Positions 58,725 to 64,000 of a stretch of DNA of 64,000 nt are shown piece after piece. The stretch lies in the IMG/VR virus record IMGVR_UViG_2740892439_000009, one strand, 5' to 3'. Under the pieces are notes generated by a model. The model did no database searches. It was given only the letters and a program-made list of their open reading frames with translations, and was not told the origin of the DNA. The translations under genes and the position numbers were made by a program. Source of the stretch: a virus. Taxonomy: Duplodnaviria > Heunggongvirae > Uroviricota > Caudoviricetes. Each line of letters begins with the position of its first letter. Positions within the stretch are counted from its first letter, which is position 1.

Positions 58725-58733
58725 GGAGTTCTG

Positions 58734-59288
58734 ATGACAACGATTGTTGCAGGCATCGATATCGAGTCTACGGGACTGGATTTCCTTGCTGGTCATAAAA
58801 TTATTGAAATCGCAATTACCCGCTATGAACTGGAGACACAGACAATGGTTGATAGTTTTGTAATGCGGTTCAACCCGCGTCGCAGTATCGATCCGAAAGC
58901 GCAAGCGGTACACGGCATCAGTCTTGAAGATTTAGCCGCCGAGCCGTTACTAGCCGATCACGCTTCATCTGTCGCTTCGTACCTCTCTTCTTCCGATATT
59001 TGGATAGCCCACAACGGCGAAGCGTTCGATATTCCGTTTATTAGGCATGAGCTGAAAAGTTACGGTTTTTCGCTTCCAGACATCCCATTGATTGACACTC
59101 TATTTTCCCTGTGGGCCACAGAAGACGGTAAACGTCCTCGCCTTGAAGAATTGGCCTTCTCTCTTGGCTTTATATACGATCATGCCAAAGCACATAGTGC
59201 CTTATATGACACAAACTTAATGATGCAATGCTTCTTTAAGGCACGTAATAAATACGGATTTTTTAAATTACCCTCTGAAATTGTGTAA
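58734..59288 (+). CDS. DnaQ-like 3'-5' exonuclease (DEDDh)
   Basis: Exo I IDIESTGL, Exo II HNGEAFDIPFI, Exo III HSALYD. Confidence 0.75.
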   Translation: MTTIVAGIDIESTGLDFLAGHKIIEIAITRYELETQTMVDSFVMRFNPRRSIDPKAQAVHGISLEDLAAEPLLADHASSVASYLSSSDIWIAHNGEAFDIPFIRHELKSYGFSLPDIPLIDTLFSLWATEDGKRPRLEELAFSLGFIYDHAKAHSALYDTNLMMQCFFKARNKYGFFKLPSEIV

Positions 59289-59448
59289 AACAAAAGCCTG
59301 CTTTAAAGAGAGTTTGAAGCAGGCTTTCTTTTAAAGAACAGTCGCCTTTCAATCATTTCCTGCCTGTATTTAATACTTTTCCGCCTGATAGGTTTAGTCA
59401 AAATGTAGCCATCGAAACGCAAATGCAACTAAACAGAAGGAGACTTAC

Positions 59449-60258
59449 ATGAGTTCGGTTGAAAATGTAATGACAAATGATGATCTGGATGAGCTGACAG
59501 CCATGTTGCAATCACTTGATGAACCAGTAAAAAAAGCTGCACAGGTTGAAAATACTGATGATATTGACGATCTGCTGCTCGGCCTCGATGCTGGCGTAGC
59601 CATGAGTTCTGATGATGTTGCCGAAGAACTGTTCAATGAAGAAAAAGCAGGTGATTTCAGCTCTGCTTTAAATGAGTTGGAGTTAGCGCATGAGCCTATA
59701 AACGTAATTAACGCTGAAAGTGTTGAAGCTGCCGAAAACGAGCCAGAACAATTGGGATTGATTGAGGTTGAAGAGTGTGTTGATGTTAATGATGAATTAA
59801 AAGTTCAACAGTCAAATGATAGCAACACAAATAAAAAAGCGCGTACTGCAAGAGGTCCTCGTTTTACTTTAAGTGATAAAGATGATTCGTTTTTCAATAA
59901 CGCAGGCTTAGAAACAGATATTTTCTTAGACGCTTACGAAAACGCGCCTGTCAAAGCAAAGGATAAGATATTAAACCTTCTTAATTGGTTTAGCGGAGGT
60001 CCAGATATTAGTGTTTACACGGTAATTTCCATGAGACACCTTCTCACAGAAAAGAAGGCTACAAGTAATAGTATTAAGATTGCTTTAATGAGCAATCCAG
60101 AAAAACCGTATCCGCTTAACACTGCGTCAACTCAGGCTGGGCAAATGATGGCAGTATTTCCAGCTACAGGAATTGCCGTTAGAGACGGTGGAAATCTAAC
60201 ATTGAACGAAGAATCACCGATCGTTAAGAAGTTTGTCGCGGAGTACACTATTGGATGA
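59449..60258 (+). CDS. Acidic hypothetical protein
   Basis: 269 aa, D/E-rich N-terminal half; terminator hairpin downstream. Confidence 0.45.
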   Translation: MSSVENVMTNDDLDELTAMLQSLDEPVKKAAQVENTDDIDDLLLGLDAGVAMSSDDVAEELFNEEKAGDFSSALNELELAHEPINVINAESVEAAENEPEQLGLIEVEECVDVNDELKVQQSNDSNTNKKARTARGPRFTLSDKDDSFFNNAGLETDIFLDAYENAPVKAKDKILNLLNWFSGGPDISVYTVISMRHLLTEKKATSNSIKIALMSNPEKPYPLNTASTQAGQMMAVFPATGIAVRDGGNLTLNEESPIVKKFVAEYTIG

Positions 60259-60440
60259 CGTTCCCCTACTTAAAATAAAGCCCATAGAGAGCTTTATAGT
60301 GCTGGGTAAGCTAACCCATACCCAGCACCACAAAAACGCGCCAGAGAGCTTCTTGTTCGCATTTCTGGCGCGTTTTATTTGATTGCCATACATAAAATCA
60401 AATGCAAAAATAGGTAATCACTTACCTATCGAGAAAGAAG

Positions 60441-61034
60441 ATGATTGCAGCCGAAAAAATCAAACAGCGAAAGCGCGACAACTCTCTTCGTGACCTCTGG
60501 AGAACACCTGATTGGCTGTTTTCTGCCATTCAACGTTATCTTGGAGTGACATTTGATGTTGACGTTGCCTGCAACAAGGACAATGCAAAGCTGCCTAATT
60601 TCATAGGCGTTGAGCGCGATGCTTTGAAATCTGAATGGGGACAGCCAGGTACAATTGCCTTCCTCAATCCACCCTACTCCAAAATCTCCCCCTGGATTGA
60701 TGCTGCTATACGTGAGCAGGCTCGCGGAGTTACAACAGTGATGCTAATTCCTCAATCCCTCGATACAAAGTGGTATGAGCGTGCAACAGAGTATGCGAAT
60801 GAGACGATTATTCTGTCTGGTGGCCGCGTAGCGTTTGTCGAGCCTGACGTCAATTTGGGTCAGGTAGAAGTAAACATCAACCCCGGTGGCAGTATGCTCG
60901 TTGTTTTTCGAGGGTTTTGTCAGGACGCTGGGCACTCTATAAGCAAGATCCCTTTGGACGTCATGAAAAGTCTGGGAGGGTATGACCCTGCGAATGTGAT
61001 CAGGAAAAAAAGACCATCAAAGAAGGCTGCTTAG
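60441..61034 (+). CDS. DNA N6-adenine methyltransferase, phage Dam family
   Basis: WRTPDWLF and NPPYS motifs. Confidence 0.7.
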   Translation: MIAAEKIKQRKRDNSLRDLWRTPDWLFSAIQRYLGVTFDVDVACNKDNAKLPNFIGVERDALKSEWGQPGTIAFLNPPYSKISPWIDAAIREQARGVTTVMLIPQSLDTKWYERATEYANETIILSGGRVAFVEPDVNLGQVEVNINPGGSMLVVFRGFCQDAGHSISKIPLDVMKSLGGYDPANVIRKKRPSKKAA

Positions 61035-61219
61035 TTTGCTCTGGCGTCTGTAATTAGCTGCTTCTGTATATATAAATAACTACATATTAATTATTAATAT
61101 ACGGAAGCAGGCTGTTTTGTATCAGAGACTCCCAGACCTGAACATCACTACAGAATCCACTAGAACCCCTTCCCAGACGCTTTAAAATCGATTTTATGAA
61201 CCACTTTAAGGAAACCAAC

Positions 61220-61450
61220 ATGTCATACCCGACTAATGTCGTTGCGCTCGTAGAGAGCGATTTTCTGGCCCAGGCTCGTGAAATGATGAAAGATCGTGAG
61301 CAGGCTTTCAACTTGTACGAGTGGGCAATTAAGTGCTTGCATCTTGGCGAGCATCGCGAACTTGTTGAACAGCTTTTAGGTGAGTTGATCAATGAGGTGT
61401 TTGCCTTGAATGTTCAACTACATGGTCGAGAAAATAATCAATCACAATGA
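61220..61450 (+). CDS. Hypothetical small protein
   Basis: 77-aa ORF with AAGGAAACCAACATG context. Confidence 0.4.
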   Translation: MSYPTNVVALVESDFLAQAREMMKDREQAFNLYEWAIKCLHLGEHRELVEQLLGELINEVFALNVQLHGRENNQSQ

Positions 61451-62029
61451 TAGATAAGTACAAACTATTCATAAAGTGAATTGTAAGTGCTAAGATCTGA
61501 TAGTTTCCAGTCGTAGACTGGAGGCTCGACCTGATGGGTGGGGGTAAGCGTCACTGGCGTCAGGTTTAAAAAAGCTCACTACCAGCGTAGAACCGGTGCC
61601 GTATAGGTGTCGGGGAAGGGGGAACCAAAGTGAGCAGAGACAAGGGTCACTTTATGATTGTCGAGTCTGGGGTGTTTCGAGAGGTTGAATCCAGTACTCC
61701 CCTTCATAAAGTGTGGGAAGATCTCGGTTCTGGGGTGCTGTCATCCATAACTTCCCAAGTCTAAGCTGGCAGTAGACTTAGACCATAGCTTTTCAGGTTA
61801 TGAAACGACCAGGTTGGTGAGGAATTTTATACTCACCTCCCTGGGAGAGTATTACCTGAAAAGACAACCTCTCACTTCGTTCGAGGTGAACTTCACTCAC
61901 TTCGTTCGTTCAGTTCAGGTTTATAAAAACCTGTTCTGGGAAGTAATTTGTTTATTTTAATAATTATTAACACGCACGCGTGTGCGCACGCGCGAGGAAA
62001 AATCGGCGCGGCGCTTGATTCAGGAGTTT

Positions 62030-62622
62030 ATATGACGACGAAGACACCAGCCCGATCGCAAGCAAAAACTCGCAAAAAAGACAAAAACAAAAATTCTCCC
62101 CGCACCAATCCCACAACGTCTGTCGTAGAGTTCAATCCCCAGCTTAAAACCGTGAAAATCTTTAGTGATGGCTCTTGCCTTAAAAATCCGGGTGGCCCGG
62201 GCGGTTACGGTATCGTTCTCCAGTATCGTGGTGAGGAACGCGAGTTCTCAGATGGTTTTCATAGCACCACCAATAACCGCATGGAGATGATGGGGGCACT
62301 TATCGGGCTGGAGCGTTTGAAATATCCATGCAACGTTATTTTGCACTCTGATAGCCAGTATCTGAAAAACGGCATGACACAGTGGATGAAATGGTGGAAA
62401 CGCAATGGATGGATGACTTCTGACAAAAAACCGGTAAAGAATGTTGATCTGTGGAAGCGTCTGGATGAGGCCGCAAGTCGACATAATGTTCGCTGGAAGT
62501 GGGTTAAAGGTCACGCCGGGCATCGTGAAAATGAAATATGTGATCGACTCGCGAAGATCGCAGCTTTTTCAGCAGCAGATATGCCTCACAAGAAAGATAT
62601 TGGTTTTGTTTATAACAAATAG
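62030..62622 (+). CDS. rnhA: Ribonuclease HI
   Basis: [52 protein letters not shown]; CAGGAG SD. Confidence 0.85.
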
Positions 62623-62770
62623 TAAGTAAGTGTTTACCTATCATTTTAAATCATGTATCTTATCGGCGTCAGGATGACAATGTGTCGGTAAGACACAGTT
62701 CCAGGATGGAACGAGAAAGGCGGCTGGCGATTGCCAGCCGCAACTCTTTCTGACACTGGATGGAGTCCAC

Positions 62771-63265
62771 ATGGCACGTCAAACCTATTTCACTTCTGCA
62801 ACTAAACGTCCTCGTTCTTTACGTCAAATTTTGGCCGAATTATTTAGCGGTCGTGTTATGTCACGTCTTGATGAACTAGAGACTACCGTTCGGTTGCTGA
62901 ATGAACGTTTAGATAATCAAGCGTCAGTTGTTGCGAACGTGGGGGCGATTGTTGCCTCTGGTTCTTCACGCGAAGCGAAAAATGCACGGCCTTTAGTGAA
63001 GGAGAAAAACAACAAGGACAGTTCGAATGGAAAATTTTCAAAGAAAGAGGCTGAAACCAATGGCCTACGTTCTCATTATAGTTTCACTGGCGACGGTAGC
63101 CGTTCCAGCCGGTCAGAGCCTTTTGATGCCGGATTCATCCATCACCACACCTTCGTCGACGACAATTACCACCACTCCAGTGGAGCGTCCTGTCACTCTG
63201 GATGGGATGGCGGTGGATGCGATACCTCAAGTTCATCCAGTTACTCAGGATCATGCTGTGACTAA
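62771..63265 (+). CDS. Hypothetical protein; C-terminal third is low-complexity and overlaps another ORF
   Basis: Plausible coiled-coil N-terminus; 3' portion overlaps the more protein-like 63027-63278 frame. Confidence 0.3.
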   Translation: MARQTYFTSATKRPRSLRQILAELFSGRVMSRLDELETTVRLLNERLDNQASVVANVGAIVASGSSREAKNARPLVKEKNNKDSSNGKFSKKEAETNGLRSHYSFTGDGSRSSRSEPFDAGFIHHHTFVDDNYHHSSGASCHSGWDGGGCDTSSSSSYSGSCCD

Positions 63266-63274
63266 GGCGGTTGT

Positions 63275-63463
63275 ATGAACTGGTTTTCAAATCACTTTGG
63301 AAAAATTTGGCTGGCAATTCTTGCCCTCATGGCCGCCGGTTGGGTATCGAACATTATAAAACTTGTTTGCTCTGGCGATCTCCAGTTTCAGGCTGGTATG
63401 ACCTTGGCTCGTGTAGTTGGGATTTTTATTTTTCCAGTCGGTTCGGTACTTGGTTATTTCTGA
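63275..63463 (+). CDS. Small membrane protein
   Basis: 62-aa ORF with two hydrophobic segments. Confidence 0.4.
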   Translation: MNWFSNHFGKIWLAILALMAAGWVSNIIKLVCSGDLQFQAGMTLARVVGIFIFPVGSVLGYF

Positions 63464-63556
63464 CGGTTGTTAGTGCATATGCATTGACCGTCTTTGCGTA
63501 AGCAATTTGTTTAACTAGAAAACAACTTGTTTTGACAAATAACAAAAGGAAAACAC

Positions 63557-63982
63557 ATGTTAGGTTTCTTCAAAAAGAAAACTCGTAAAGCAGTTATCGA
63601 AGTCAAAAAAATGGAGAACCGTGATGCGGTTGAGGCCACCGTGTGGGGCGCGTACATGATCTCCTATGCCGACGGCACATGTGACGCAAAAGAAATTGCC
63701 ATTCTTGAGAAGACAATTGCAGCTCTGCCTGCGTTTTCTCCGTTTGCTGGTGAAATTGCCCAAATGAGCGCCAATATCCGTGCTCGTTACGAAGCGTCCC
63801 CTCGTTCTGCTAATGCACAGGCTATTCGTGAGCTGTCTGATATTGCGGGTACTCCAGAGGCGGTCGATGTTCTGTGTCTGTGCCTTGATATTGCCGATCA
63901 GGATGGCATTGGTGAACAAGAAGAGCAGGCACTGAAAAAGATCGCCCAGGCGCTTCAGTTGTCACTGGATGCTTATCTCTAA
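63557..63982 (+). CDS. TerB-like protein
   Basis: Resembles TerB-domain proteins (helical bundle); conserved start context AAAGGAAAACACATG preceded by TTGTTT palindromes. Confidence 0.45.
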   Translation: MLGFFKKKTRKAVIEVKKMENRDAVEATVWGAYMISYADGTCDAKEIAILEKTIAALPAFSPFAGEIAQMSANIRARYEASPRSANAQAIRELSDIAGTPEAVDVLCLCLDIADQDGIGEQEEQALKKIAQALQLSLDAYL

Positions 63983-64000
63983 TGCTTGAGAGATTCCGGC

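Noticed and set aside
62771-63278. Frame-change fusion between ORF 62771-63265 and ORF 63027-63278.
   Set aside because: The required shift is +1, unlike all other breaks, and the downstream part of the first ORF is low-complexity; more likely two genes with a spurious ORF extension.
1-64000. T5-like (Demerecviridae) or T4-like identity suggested by the gene repertoire (L-shaped fibre, NrdAB, ThyA, DHFR, SbcCD, FEN, tRNAs).
   Set aside because: The polymerase is DnaE-type (family C), not family A or B, and the element carries a plasmid replicon, partition genes and a recombinase; a phage-plasmid of the SSU5/pHCM2 type fits better.

Overview
This window looks like one contiguous stretch of a large temperate phage-plasmid of Enterobacterales (SSU5/pHCM2-like; inferred from gene content, no database search was possible). 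It carries, in order: the 3' part of a giant modular lateral tail-fibre gene and a second fibre gene with an S74 intramolecular-chaperone domain; a lysis cassette; a ParA/RHH partition module; a plus-strand replication and nucleotide-metabolism block (DnaB-like helicase, primase, ATP-dependent ligase, CobT/CobS-like pair, DnaE-type polymerase, gp32-like SSB, FEN, RecA/UvsX-like recombinase, SbcCD, RuvC-like resolvase, NrdAB, ThyA, DHFR, DnaQ-like exonuclease, Dam-family methyltransferase, RNase H); a four-tRNA cluster; a P1/RepFIB-type iteron replicon (repA between two iteron arrays, with a GATC cluster and DnaA-box-like site); and a short tyrosine recombinase beside a perfect lox-like inverted repeat. 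The best candidates for undescribed biology are two AT-rich accessory islands: a minus-strand two-gene operon between the tRNAs and the recombinase (22814-24918), and a DUF2971-like gene plus an unknown 390-aa protein after the par locus (12220-14178). Neither has a recognisable catalytic motif, so defence or anti-defence roles are hypotheses only. Several phage-specific intergenic motifs recur: an inverted repeat ATAGGTAAGT..ACTTACCTAT (at least 17 copies), a conserved AAAGGAAAAACACATG start context, TTGTTTAAACAA palindromes, and a ~65-bp palindromic element containing TATAAATA. Eight genes are broken by -1 frame changes that behave like single-base deletions; this most likely reflects homopolymer indel errors in the assembly rather than biology. 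All coordinates are hand-counted and may be off by a base or two.
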